Positions 36,666 to 49,180 of a stretch of DNA of 64,000 bases are shown here, piece after piece (positions within the stretch are counted from its first letter, which is position 1; the number at the start of each line of letters is the position of its first letter). Made by a program: the position numbers and the translations under genes. The notes beneath the pieces are model-generated. The model searched no databases. It worked only from the letters and a program-made list of their open reading frames with translations, and had not been told where the DNA came from. Source of the DNA: Ranitomeya imitator (taxonomy: Eukaryota); contig NC_091285.1 in NCBI RefSeq assembly GCF_032444005.1, positions 669,848,001 through 669,912,000 on the forward strand, in the 5' to 3' direction.

Positions 36666-38259
36666 CGCTGCTGATTTGCCATTTCATTTTTTTTCTAATT
36701 AAAGGAATAAAACTGATTCTTTATTACATTTCTGTCCTTTTTTTTGTGGTTTCGGTGTTTTACATTTGCACTTTAGTCTTTAATTTGCCCCTTTTTTTTT
36801 TTCGAAATCTATTTTTTATGTTTTCGTCTGGTTCCCGTTGGGGTCTTCAGACGTTTTCGGCTGATTCATCAATATAAACTTTTTAATAAGTCACAATCTA
36901 ATCTTTCCCACTTTTTCCTCTTCCCGGGGTTATTTTCTGCGCGCCATTTTGGAGAATTTGATGCCAATATATATAAAAACGTCAGAAGACAAAATAATAG
37001 CGACGTTAAATCAATAAATGCTGAATCCGTCCCATCGGGTGTATTGGGATTGGTCCACTGGGCTTCATAGGTGTACAAACATGGCAGCGCCCTGCGGCCC
37101 GGCTCCGAATGTCGGAGGGGATGCCTTCTCTCAGGTCCAACCTCATAAAACTCTGGTGCCGGCTGTATAACGCGGCCTCTGGATCCATATAGACATACGG
37201 CCGGTGTCGCCCGCTGACACCGCCATGTTCTGTGGGTCCCCAGTACTTGCCCTGGTTCACTGGGTGCTGGTACCGGCCTGACAGCAGAGCTAGGATCAGG
37301 GGGCGCCCCCGGGACTTCTCATAGACCCTAAATATCAGGCCTCTCCGACCAATGACGGGCACATGTAGCGGAAGTAGAGTGCCCACTAGATGTGGCAAGG
37401 AGACTGGTACCTCTGTATTTAGGAACTGTGACGCTGTAACTAAGAAGGGTAGACTGTGGGCAAAGTGCCAGACGAGCTAGTGCCGCATAGTGCTGTGAAT
37501 GCCACAGAGATGGAAGTGCTGCTGAGGAAAATGCAAGCAAATTGTCAATATGTTGGCTCATACCATCTCCTTGTTGCCTCGCCGGCAGCTTCCTCTTCCC
37601 TCTTTGCTGGTAGATGGACACTACAGCCTAATTAAGTGTAAACGGGCACACTATCCCGCATCCCAAAGTGTTCATGTCCCAGCACTATATGGCGGTACTT
37701 GCCTGATTGGCATTGATACTTAGTGTACTGTACAATATATTATTTTGTAGTGTAAGGTGCAGCACCCCATTGCCATACACCACATGGTCAGGGGTCCCCC
37801 ACAGGAGGGATCACACAGGGTATCGTCCAATATAAGCCTCCCCTTAGAACAGATCATCTGAGAGCACCAGGCACTGGGCCTGGATTGTCAGGAGTGAAGC
37901 TAAAAGCCGAGAGTCACTGGGCAGGACCACCGAAACCTGGAGACAGTCCTGGTGAATGGTCACTGCGTCCTTTTGAACAAACTTTGTATGAATCAAAAGT
38001 ACAAGCGAATATAAGAAACTTATCATTCTCACGAACGCTTCAATCATTCTGAAAAACTGCTAATATCCATCATGGTCTCAACCAGATTACAGCTGCCCAT
38101 TGAAGTCTATGGATGGGGGCGGCACCGAGACAGTAGTGGGAGACACACTATTATGGCTCACCTGGTGAGGTGAGTCCTCGAAGCCCCCCGTCTGGAAAAT
38201 CAGCTCTTAAAGGGAATCTGTCAATCCATACTGTATTGTCACGTATCCAGGGGCAAAAT

Positions 38260-38900
38260 GGTCGCGGTCCACCATCCTGGTATATATCTTCCCCATACTG
38301 GTATATATGTTTCCCATCCTGGTATACATGTCCCCCTTCCTGGTATACATGTCCCCTATCCTGGTATGCATGTCCCCCATCCTGGTATACATGTCCCCTA
38401 TCCTGGTATGCATGTCCCCTATCCTGGTATACATGTCCCTTATCCTGGTATGCATGTCCCCTATCCTGGTATACATGTCCCCTATCCTGGTATGCATGTC
38501 CCCCATCCTGGTATACATGTCCCCTATCCTGGTATACATGTCCCCTATCCTGGTATACATGTCCCCTATCCTGGTATGCATGTCCCCCATCCTGGTATAC
38601 ATTTCCCCCACCCTGGTATACATGTCCCCTATCCTGGTATGCATGTCCCCCATCCTGGTATATATGTTCACTATCCTGTTAGTCATGTCCCCTATCCTGG
38701 TATGCATGTCCCCCATCCTGGTATACATGTCCCCACCCTGGTATGCATGTCCCCCACCCTGGTATACATGTCCCCCATCCTGGTATATATGTTCACTATC
38801 CTGGTATTCATGTCCCCTTTCCTGGTATACATATTCCTCATCATGGTATATATGTTCCCTATCTTGCTATATATGTTCTCCACCCTAATATGCATGTTCC
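38260..38900. repeat. 21-bp minisatellite (reverse orientation of the 39030/49181 family)
   Basis: Unit catgtcccctatcctggtata. Confidence 0.93.
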
Positions 38901-39029
38901 CAGTTCTGCATATTAATAAAAAAATACATTCTTCTTCCTCCGCTCCCTCGACGTATGACAACCTGTTAAGGGCTCGTGCAGGGAGAGGTGGGGTGGGCCG
39001 GCCCCAGCGTTTACTTTAGCTGGATATGC

Positions 39030-39244
39030 GTCCTTGGACCAGGATGGGGGGCATATATACCAGGAAGGGCCCTAGGATAAGGGACATAAATACCAGGAAG
39101 GGCCCTAGGATAAGGGATATACCAGGATGGGGGACATATATATCAAGAAGGGAACATGTATATCAGGAAGAGGACCAGGATGGGAGACATATATACCAGG
39201 AAGGGGCCAGGATAAGGGACATATATACCAGGATGGGGGACATA
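39030..39244. repeat. 22-23-bp minisatellite, left part (split by Tc1)
   Basis: Unit ~ggggacatatataccaggatg; continues at 49181. Confidence 0.88.
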
Positions 39245-39844
39245 CCCTGCTCAAAAAAATAAAGGGAACACTTAAACAACAGAATATAACTCCAAGTAAA
39301 TCAAACTTCTGTGAAATCAAACTGTCCACTTAGGAAGCAACACTGATTGACAATCAATTTCACATACTGTTGTGCAAATGGAATAGACAACAGATGGAAA
39401 TTATTGGCAATTATCAAATTCCCTCAATAAAGGAGTGGTTCTGCAGGTGGGGACCACAGACCACATCTCAGTACCAATGCTTTCTGGCTGATGTGTTGGT
39501 CACTTTGGAATGTTGGTTGTGCTTTCACACTCGTGGTAGAATGAGACGGACTCTACAACCCACACAAGTGGGTTGATGGCACATCAATGCAGGATGTGGC
39601 AAGAAGGTTTGCTGTCTGTCAGCCTAGTGTCCAGAGGCTGGAGGCGCTACCAGGAGACAGGACAGTTTACCAGGAGATGTGGAGGGGGCCGTAGGAGGGC
39701 AACAACCCAGCCGCAGGACCGCTACCTCAGGCTTTTGCAAGGAGGAACAGGAGGAGCACTGCCAGAGCCCTGCAAAATGACCTCCAGTAGGCCACAAATG
39801 TGCATGTGTCTGCACAAACGGTTAGAAACCGACTCCATGAGGAT

Positions 39845-40780
39845 AGACTGAGGGAAAGTGGGAGAAAGTTCCAGACCAGAGACTGAGGAGGACAGAAGGT
39901 TAACGGAGCTATGCATGCCCTCAGAGCTGCAGCTCCCAGAAAGAGACATTGAAAGGCAGAATTGTATTGCAGCGAGCGTGAAGGAAGTCAAAGCAAGGAG
40001 AGGATACCAGAAGGGGACCAGCCCTGAACAGGCTGCCTCCTTCTGTGGTGCCGACTCCCGGTAGCCGGAACACAGAGGGAGTAAGGACCTCCACGCCTTA
40101 TTTCAGAGACCGGCAGGACAGCTAATTGCAGGTTACCTGTCCGCACCTACACCCAGGAGGCACGGTGACACCCACAGAGCTGGGTTATCTAGGAGACCCT
40201 ATAAACAGGCTCAAGTCACCAGCCATATGGGTATTGTCCTATCCTATACGGGGGACAGAGAGCGCGAAACACCGCATCTGTGAGACCCTTATGTGAATCC
40301 ATAGGAAGTAAGGGAATACACCACTGCAGCGCAAGGGAAGGCTACTGATTTCTACCTGGACAAGGGGACTCTGGACTTGCCTCCAAACCGGCCGGACTCT
40401 GCCTGCCCTGTGATCTGGTGCTCTGGACTGTGGATGCTGAAGTCTTCAGTAAAGGTAAAGAGACTGCAACCTTGTGTCCTCGTTCTTCATTGCGCCATTC
40501 ACCATCTACACACTGGGAAACCCTAGGGATATACTTCACTTGTGGGAAGGTATACCATCTAGCTGCCCTAATATCATCCCAGCGGACCCCTTAAAGCAGC
40601 GTCGGTCACCCTGACCGAATACCATAGGTGGTGTCACGAACATAAACTTTATCCCTTTAAAGACCTTTCCCCTTTAATACGGACGTCCCAGGGCCATGGA
40701 CCGGGTCAGCCACCGTGACATCCCCCTTTGAGCCGACCGGACCCAGTACCGAGTACCCCACGGCCCCTGGGGGCGCTCCA
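39845..40780 (+). mobile_element. 5'-truncated LTR of a Gypsy-like element
   Basis: Ends GGGGCGCTCCA, followed 5 nt later by a primer-binding site. Confidence 0.75.
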
Positions 40781-40785
40781 AACTT

Positions 40786-40803
40786 TGGCGTCACGAACAG
40801 GAT
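40786..40803 (+). promoter_or_regulatory. Primer-binding site complementary to tRNA-Ser(CGA) 3' end
   Basis: TGGCGTCACGAACAGGAT is the reverse complement of ...ATCCTGTTCGTGACG-CCA, the 3' end of a vertebrate tRNA-Ser(CGA) as I recall it. Confidence 0.75.
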
Positions 40804-41033
40804 CTACTAAATCCTGTAAATCGGGTCATGTGAGCCTAAAGACTGTGCCAGAACTGTGCCTGAACCGTACTTTACTGTGGGACTGTTCACTGTAAAAGAC
40901 TGCCAAAATTGCCGCCAAAACCGCCGCCATTACAGCGCCATGTGGCGTGCAGGAGGAGTGGGGCATGTCATCGTGGGAGTAGCCTGGAAAAATGGCGCGA
41001 AAATGGAAGCCGTTCCTCACAGATACTACTATG

Positions 41034-41815
41034 TGTAAGAGGGTGGTGCTGCTATGGACAGTAAGGAACACGCTGTCACTTTAAGAGGCTGCACCCCCTT
41101 GTCTGGCGTGATGGAATGTTCTGCTTCTCCCCTGCAATAATCGTTGTAATGAACTAGTCTGTGCAGAGTGCAGGTGTGGAGCTGGAGCAGCGTGTGTGAG
41201 CTGAGGCTGCTGCAGAGAGGACTTTTTGTGCTGATAGCTGAAAGAGAGAAGAACTGTGTCCTGTTATAGCTGCAAGAGAGCCACGAAGATACAGAGAAAG
41301 GGATTTACAGTTTCCAGGAGCATCCGTAGGATCCAGAAGCAAGGAGAAGACCACGTTTCACAGAGCTGACAGAAAGCCGTGCGCACCACCGTATTGGACT
41401 GCTGGGGTCCCCCTGGGACTGGACCTGATTCTCCAACATCACCGTGAGTCTGTTCCTGTTTGGTGCACCTGTTAGGGCCTAGTGTAGGCTTCAATATCAG
41501 TACACGGGAGCCGTGTGGCCTGCTTAGTAAAGGCCAGGGAGGTTATACGCAGAGTAGCATCATCACTTGTTTGTTGTTTACATTTGCTTGTTAGACATAT
41601 TTTGAGTCTGAAATAGCTGGATCACCGTGCAATTTTACGGAAAAGATAAAGTTTATTACTCTTGTAAATTGTCTTTTGCCATTGTATACCCCTGTTTGCA
41701 TCTTCCTCATTCCCTTCCTTCCTTGCCTTCCAATAAATATACCCTTTGTTGTTTGCACCTCATCTTGTGTACAGTAGTCTTCCTGCACCGTGGTGATCCC
41801 CCGGCCATCGCTTCA
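41034..41815. mobile_element. Solo LTR nested in the leader of the Gypsy-like element
   Basis: TGTAAG...GCTTCA, 782 bp; exact 4-bp TSD TATG (41030-41033 and 41816-41819); AATAAA near the 3' end. Confidence 0.85.
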
Positions 41816-41953
41816 TATGTATGAAAGATATGCCCATCAACAAAAGGGATCCGCCACCTAGTCTGGGATGGTGGAGGGAGAAGAAGGAACCGCTCTCCAG
41901 GAGAGGAGGAGCAGGAACAACAGGAAGACGCCGACACAGACCTGGTTGGCAAG

Positions 41954-42925
41954 ATGGCGAGCGGAAGTCACCCGGAAGAGGGGGAGAAAGTCTGAGGCGC
42001 TCGGCACCAATCGGAGGAAGAGAAGGCCCCGTCGTTACTCTTGAACCCGGAGGTTCTTGGTGCGGAAGTCGAGGAGCTGTGTCGTCAGCTCCGGAGCTCT
42101 TGGTACTGTGCGGCTGCCAGCATCCAGGAACGGCAGCGCAACCAGCCATCGGAGCCTCAGCCTGCAGCGGAAGAGACCGGCGCCGGAGACGCCGTGGAAG
42201 CGGGTAAGCCTACTGACCCTGCCCCGGTAGCCGAAGACACCACTCTGCTAGTGCCCGTCGACTCACCACCACCACCCAGACGGGTGTGTAGCCGCTTGGA
42301 GTGGGAACGGCCCTGGAAGACCCTAAAGACCTCAGATGCCACGCTGCAGCCCACCAAAAAGACTGCGGACATCCAAGGGGAGTGGGTGACTTTCTGGTGG
42401 ACTCACACGAACAACAACCTGATCCAGTTCCCTGGGGAGGCCCAGCGAGAAGGGGAGCGAATCGAGGTCATCAGCCAAGAGGAGTACCACCAACAGCAGG
42501 CACTCCGGCGTGAGCAGAAAGAAAGGGAAGAGGAGCTCAAGTGCCAGGCTGCGCATGAAAAAGATCTGCAGGCCAAAGCTCGGGCCCGGAAGGTGGGCCA
42601 TGGAGACTGAGGCCCGTGGAGGTGCGAGACTGTTGTGATGTTCCACCTCAATGCTGGCTGGGGTTTCATCAAGGAACCAGACCTTTACCCCGAGGTCTTC
42701 ATGAATAGATGGGATGTGGAGGCACACTTGATGGAGGGACACCCTGGCAGGGACCTCTACCCTGGTGACCGCGTCACCTACACCAGACAGAGTGAAGGGA
42801 GATCACCATCTTGTGGCCTGGAGCCCTTACCATCAGCAGTACCATGTTGCCCCGCATCACCTCCACCTGAACAGGTGACCCCTGCACCGGTCACCATGTG
42901 TTCAAAGTGCAAGTGGCGTATCTAG
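41954..42925 (+). pseudogene. Decayed first ORF of the LTR element: charged/helical N-terminal part plus C-terminal cold-shock domain
   Basis: One frame from ATG 41954, broken only by TGA at 41993 and 42608. CSD-like VVMFH..GWGFI..EVFMN..DLYPGDRVTY at ~42620-42800. Confidence 0.7.
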
Positions 42926-45140
42926 GGGGGGCAGCCGGGGCATGTGCCCAGGGCGCAGCCAGCAGGGGGTGCAGTCGGGCCGCCTAATGTGGCAGTCCGC
43001 AGTGTCTCCCCCAGCGGCTGCATTCTGCCGCCCCCCGTCTGGGAGTCAGCTGTTCTCTGTTCCGACTATCAAGCTGACAGCCGGCACAGAGAAGCTGCAG
43101 AGCGCCGGCTCCCAACATGTGCGGAGCTGGAGGGGGCCCCTGCAGGGTAGCTCCCTGCAGCTCCACTGTGCTGCCTACAAGAGAAAATAGCAGCGGAGCT
43201 GCAGCGATCTGTCTTCCTGCTTCCTGCCCGCGCTTCCTTTCACACAGATGTGCCGCTGGATGATGTCATCATTCAGCGGCCGGCTGTGTCAGAGGAAGGC
43301 TATGGAGATGCTGCGACAGAGCGCGAGGAGAGGTGAGAGGGGTGTGTGTGCGCGTGTGTGTGTGTGCATGTGTGTGGCGCGCTGCAGGGTATGTGCAGAG
43401 AAGTAAATGGTGTGTGTGTAAGGGAGGGAGGGCTAACAGGGAGAGGGCAATGATGGAGATGGTGAGGGAGGAGAGGGCAATGATGGGGCTGACAGGGAGA
43501 AGGCAATGATGGGGATGGTGGTGGAGGAGAGGGCAATGATGGGGATGGTGGGGGAGAGCAATAATGGGGCTGACGGGGAGAGGGCAATGATGGGGATGGT
43601 GGGGGAGGAGAGGGCAATGATGGGGCTGACAGGGAGAGGGCAATGATGGGGATGGTGGTGGAGGATGAAATGATGGAAGTGGTGAAATGGGCAAGGATGG
43701 GGATGGTGGGGGAGGAGGAAATTATGGAAGTGGTGGAATGGGCAAGGATGAGGATGGTGGGGAGAAGGAAATGATGGATGTGGTGGAATGGGCAAGGATG
43801 GGGATGGTGGGAGAGGAGAGGGCAATGATGGGGCTGACGGGGAAAGGGCAATGATGGGGATGGTGGGGAAGGAGAGGGCAATGATGGGGATGGTGGGGGA
43901 GGAGAGGGCAATGATGGGGAGAGGGTAATGATGGGGATGGTGGTGGAGGAGGAAATGATGAAAGTGGTGGAATGAGCAAGGATGGGGATGTGGGGGAGGA
44001 GGAAATGATGGAAGTGGTGGAATGGGCAAGGATGGGGATGGTGGGGGAGGAAACGATGGATGTGGTGGAATGGGCAAGGATGGGGATGGTGGGGGAGGAG
44101 GAAATGATGGAAGTGGTGGAATGGACAAGGATGGGGATGGTGGGGGAGGAGGAAACAATGGATGTGGTGGAAAGAGCAATGATGGGATTGGGGGGAGGAA
44201 ATGCTGGAGGTAGTTAAATGGGCAATGATGGGCGTGACGGAGAAGGCAATGATGGAGGTGGTGACGAGAGCAATGATGGGGTGGGGTACAGGACAATAAT
44301 ATGTGTGTGGACAATTTGAGTGGGGATAGGGGGATTTATTATGTGTGGGGAGAATTTGGGGATGGGGGAATTTATTATGTGTGGAGTGAGATCTGGAGTG
44401 GGGATGGGGGATTTAATGTGTGGGGGAGATTGGAGGACACAAAATGAAGAGGGCATGTACGAGGAAACAGTATTGGGGAATGGGGGGCATGTATGAGGAA
44501 ACAGTATGGGAGAATGGGGGGCATGTATGAGGAAACAGTATGGGGGAATTGTGGGCATGTATGAGGAAACAGTATGGGGGAATGAGGGGCATGTATGAAG
44601 AAACAGTATGGTGGAATGGGGGGCATGTATGAGGAAACAATATGGGAGAATTGGGGGCATGTTTGAGGAAACAGTATGGGGGAATTGGGGACATGTATGA
44701 GGAAACAGTTTGAGGGAATGGGGGGCGTGTATGAGGAAACAATATGGGAGAATGAGGGCACAGTATGAGGAACGATGTGAAAAATGTATGTGGACAGAGT
44801 ACGGGGAATGAGGGTGATGGGATGTGTGTAGACAGTATGGGGAGATAGGTGAGCAGGTAGTATAGAAAGTGGGGGTAAATATATGAGGAGACAGTATGGT
44901 GAACAGGGGGATGTGAGAGGAGACAGTATGAGGAGGGAGGGGAATATTGTGAGGAGACAGTATGGGGGACAAAAGTGAGTGGGCACAGAATAGAAACTGA
45001 ATAGTGGGGGTGTAGCATGGAGGGACAGTGTGAGGGCACAGCCAGGAGAGGATAGTATACCAAGGAGGGGGAGTGTGATGATAGAGTACAGTATAAATAC
45101 TGGGCCCTATAGGGGGACACAGTGTGAGAGGACAGTGTGA
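42908..45140. repeat. Non-autonomous hAT-like element remnant with internal purine-rich and 33-bp tandem repeats
   Basis: Starts agtggcgtatctaggggggg; (TG)n at ~43340; ggagagggcaatgatggggatggt repeats 43430-44280; 33-bp unit ggcatgtatgaggaaacagtatgggggaatggg at 44450-44760. Confidence 0.6.
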
Positions 45141-45155
45141 AGAGGGGGCCGATAT

Positions 45156-45424
45156 GGCAGCACGGTGGCGCAGTGGATAGCACAGCAGCCTTGCAGCGCT
45201 GGAGTCCTGGGTTCAAGCCCCACTAAGGACATCTGCAAAGAGTTTGTATGTTCTCTCCGTGTTTGCGTGGGTTTCCTCCGGGTACTCCGGTTTCCTCCCA
45301 CATTCCAAAGACATACTGATAGGGAATTTAGATTGTGAGCCCCAACGGGGACAGCAACGATAATGTATGCAAACTGTATAGCGCTGCGGAATATGTTAGC
45401 GCTATATAAAAATAAAGATTATTA
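45156..45424 (+). mobile_element. tRNA-derived V-SINE with L2-like tail
   Basis: A box (ggtggcgcagtgg), B box (gggttcaagccc), V-domain tgtatgttctctccgtgtttgcgtgggtttcctccgggtactccggtttcctcccaca, tail tagattgtgagcccc...agcgctatataaaaataaagattattat. Confidence 0.9.
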
Positions 45425-45451
45425 TAAGGAGAGGTCAGTTTGAAGAGCAGT

Positions 45452-47940
45452 GCTGCCACTAGGAATTTCGGGGCCCCATACTAGTACATTTTTCAGGGCC
45501 CCTTGACACTCCGCCCAGGCTCCACCCTAGCTCCGCCTCCACCTCTTGAACCATCCACAGTCCCACTGCCCACTCTTGGAAAGACACCACGTCCTCACCA
45601 ATCACACATTAACAGTTCCCATCACCAGATCACACACATATACAGCAGCTTTTGTTTTGGACAAAAGATTTTTTAACCCACCACCACCAAGGAAGACTCG
45701 TGTGTCCGGGCCCTATTCTACTGTAACTTATTATTAATTTAGTAAAATATCCAATACTCTTTAGGTATATTTTTATTCATTTTTCAATTTTTAAAATGAA
45801 CAATAATATCACACACAATGAACAAATACCGCAGCACCATGACCAAACCACATATTACCACCACATAGTGGCCAAATAATAGCACATACAAGGGACAAAT
45901 ACCACCACACCATGACCAGACCACATATTACCACCATATAGTGAACGAATAATACCACATACAGGGAACAAATACCGCCATACCATGGCCAGACCACATT
46001 ATACCACCATAGTGACCAAATACTACAATACTGATCATTAATAGAAAAACACAATACTTATATCACCGTAAGTGACATTATACACAGGAGATCTGCACCT
46101 TCTGCATAGTTCCAGTGTACAGGTAATACAGAGATCACCAGTCACATTATACACACGAGCGCTGTATATAGTGTACAGGTAATACAGTGATCACCAGTGG
46201 CATTATACACAAGAACTCTGTACACAATGTACAGGTAATACAGCGATCACCGATGACATTATACATAGGAGCTCTGTATATAGTGTATAGTGTCAGTGTA
46301 CAGGTAATACAGTGATTATCAGTGACATTATACACAGGATCTCTGTTTATAGTGTCAGTGTACTTGTAATGCAGTAATCACCAGTAACACTATACACAGG
46401 AGCTCTGTATATGGTGCACAGGTAATACAGTGATCACCAGTGACACTATACAGAAGAGCTCTGTATATAGTATATAGCTAATACAGCGATCACCAGTGAC
46501 ATGCACAGGAGCTCTGTATATAGTGTCAGTGTACAGGTAATACAGTGATCACCAGTGACATTATACACAGGAGCTCTGTATGTAATATACAGTGTATAGT
46601 GTGCGTGTACATGTAATACACTGACTCACCAGTGATGTCTCTAGGTGAAGTCCTTCATCTTCACTTTTTATCTTGATCCTGCACAGATCATCATTTCTTT
46701 CAGCCAGGACTCCTCTCTGCAGGAAATAACACAGTTATCTAGAGCACACTACTTAATATTTTCCGAACTTCTACACTACACCATATGAAGAAAAAAAGGC
46801 GACATATTGTTGCTCTGCACAATATCAGAACCCCCCCATTGAAAACGGTATCCTTAAAAAATAAAATACATCACTGCAGTAATAATATCCCTCACTTAGC
46901 CCCTACAGTAATAATATCGTCCATCCTAGCCCCCTTGTGTCTCATTCCTGGCTCCAGCCATATGTTCTCCCAACCTGGCTCCATAGGTTCTTCCATGCTG
47001 CCCTCATGAATATCCATTCTGCCTCAATGTGATGTCCCATCCTGCCCCGTATGATCTACCCATGCTGCACCATCTATCTCAATGCTGCCCCGTCTCCATG
47101 CTGCCCCATCTATCTCCATCCTGCCCATCTGTCCCATGATCTTGTCCCATCTATCTGCATCTTGTCCCATCAGTCTCCATCCCGTCTCTATTGTGCCCCA
47201 TGATCCTGCACCATGTGTCTCCATCCCGCCCCGCCAGTCTCCATCCCGCCCCGTCAGTCTTCATCCCGCCCCGTCAGTCTTCATCCTGCCCCGTCAGTCT
47301 CCATCCCGCCCCGTCTGTCTCCATCCTGCCCCATCTGTCTCCATCCCGCCCCATCTGTCTCCATCCTGCACCATGTGTCTCCATCCTGCACCATCTGTCT
47401 CCATCGTGCCCATGATCTTGCCCCATCTGTCGCTAGCCTGCACCATGATCCTGCACCACATGTCTAAATCCTGCCCGCCCCATGTTACTGATCCATGATC
47501 CTGCACCATGTGTCTCCATCATGCCCCATGTTACTGATCCATGATCCTGCAGCATCAGTCTCCATCCTGTCCCATCTGTCTCCATTGTGCCCCATGATCC
47601 TGCACCATGTGTATCCATTCTGCTCCATCTGTCTCCATCCTGCCCCATGTGTCTCGATCCTGCCCCATGTTCCTGCCTCATCTGGTCGTCAAAACATATT
47701 GGGGTTTTCAGCTTTCAATAAAAAAAACAAACACTTTCTCCTAACCTGGCCGTGGTCCAGCGGCGACGTCCCCGCCAGTCACGTCAAGCGCAGACTCGCC
47801 GGCTAATGACAAATGACAATGACGTCATACGCCGGCAACGTGCGTGCTGACGTCAGCTGCTAGTCTCTGATTGGCTGGCGCTTTTAACTATTGTCGTGCG
47901 GGCCCGCATGGCAGTACAGTTTAACTGAACCTGCGTCTCG
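45452..47940. repeat. Composite non-autonomous repeat with internal tandem arrays
   Basis: Starts cagtgctgccactagg; accacatatta/ccaccacatag repeats; ~45-55-bp acaggtaatacagtgatcaccagtgacattatacacaggagctctgtata array at 46070-46630; ccatctgtctccatcctgcc array at 46980-47680. Confidence 0.6.
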
Positions 47941-48393
47941 GACTTCTGGCTACCGGTATCTACGCTTTGTCAGGGATGTAGCCCAATCGCAGCTATTCCC
48001 CCTTGTTGTCACTCTCCTGTGCTTCGCTCTCCGGCACGTTCGCTAAAAGCTGTTCATCCTTCTGTATATCGCTATCCAGGAGCTACAGCACTTCAGGCTG
48101 TACGGTCCCTCACTCGTCCTTCTGCATCAGACTGCTCCGGTCTGCTGTCTGGCACCAACTCTCTAACTCTTCCTAACTGCCCAGCAACTGCCTAACAACT
48201 AACTCCTCCTCCCGACCAGAGAGCAACTCCCCTAAAGTCGGGTGTAGAGCTCCCCCTTCTGGCCTGGAGTCAGAACGGTGTTGCATGTGCTAATTACCTG
48301 TTAAGAGGAATCCTCCATCGCTTCCAAGCATGACATCACTCTCCCAGTGAGGAAAGCAATGCTACTGTGACAACCAGGTCCCTGGGGCGTCAC
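47941..48393 (-). mobile_element. Partial LTR of a Gypsy-like family
   Basis: Terminus TGTGACGCCCCAGGACC on the minus strand at 48393, directly against the right Tc1 piece. Confidence 0.6.
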
Positions 48394-49180
48394 ACTTGTG
48401 ACAGATGTGAGAGTCTGGAGACGCCGTGGAGAGAGATCTGCTGCCTGCAGCATCCTTCAACATGCCCGGTTTGGCAGTGGGTCAGTAATGGTGTGGGGTG
48501 GCATTTCTTTGGAGGGCAGCACAGACCTCCATATGCTCGCCAGAGGAAGCCTGACTGCCATTAGGTACCGAGATGAGATCCTCAGATCCCTTGTGAGACC
48601 ATATGCTGGTGCGGTTGGCCCTGGGTTCCTCCTAATGCAGGACAATGCCATGTGGCTGGAGTGTGTCAGCAGTTCCTGCAAGATGAAGGCATTGAAGCTA
48701 TGGACTGGCCCGCCTGTTCCCCAGACCTGAATCCGATTGAACACATCTGGGACATCATGTCTCGCTCCATCCACCAACACCACAGTGTGTCCAGGAGTTG
48801 ACGGATGCTTTAGTCCAGGTCTGGGAGGAGATCCCTCTGGAGACCATCCGACGCCTCATCAGAAGCATGCCCAGTCATTGTAGGGAGGTCATACAGGTAC
48901 GTGGAGGCCATACACACTACTGAGCATCATTTCCTTGTCTTGAGGCATTTCCACTGAAGTTGGATCAGCCTGTAACTTCATTTTCCACTTTGATTTTGAG
49001 CATCATTCCAACTCCAGACCTCCGTGGGATGTTAGTTGTGATTTACATTGATTATTTTTAGGTTTTATTGTTATCAACACATTCCACTATGTAATGAATA
49101 ATGATTTACAACTGGAATATTTCATTCAGTGATATCTAGGATGTGGGATTTTAGTGTTCCGTTTATATTTTAGAGCAGTG

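Larger units (their letters stand above)
39245..49180 (+). mobile_element. Tc1-like DNA transposon split by ~8.5 kb of nested insertions (own sequence ~39245-39843 and ~48394-49180)
   Basis: Matching TIRs (c.ctgctcaaaaaaataaagggaacac / gtgttccgtttatattttagagcagtg) with TA flanks. Left piece has decayed HTH coding; right piece has VMVWGGI, FLLMQDNA and PDLNPIEHIW motifs with frameshifts. Confidence 0.88.

Noticed and set aside
37081-37170. Plus-strand ORF MAAPCGPAPNVGG with a good Kozak context
   Set aside because: It stops after 29 codons, has no consensus donor, and is the in-register antisense of the better minus-strand frame.
38170-39333. ORFs such as HPGIHVPYPGMHVP repeats
   Set aside because: They are translations of the 21-23-bp arrays.
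43269-45216. His/Pro-rich ORFs
   Set aside because: They are low-complexity purine-rich repeats read in antisense.
45156-45230. tRNA gene
   Set aside because: The A and B boxes are the head of a V-SINE; no complete cloverleaf is apparent and the SINE body follows.
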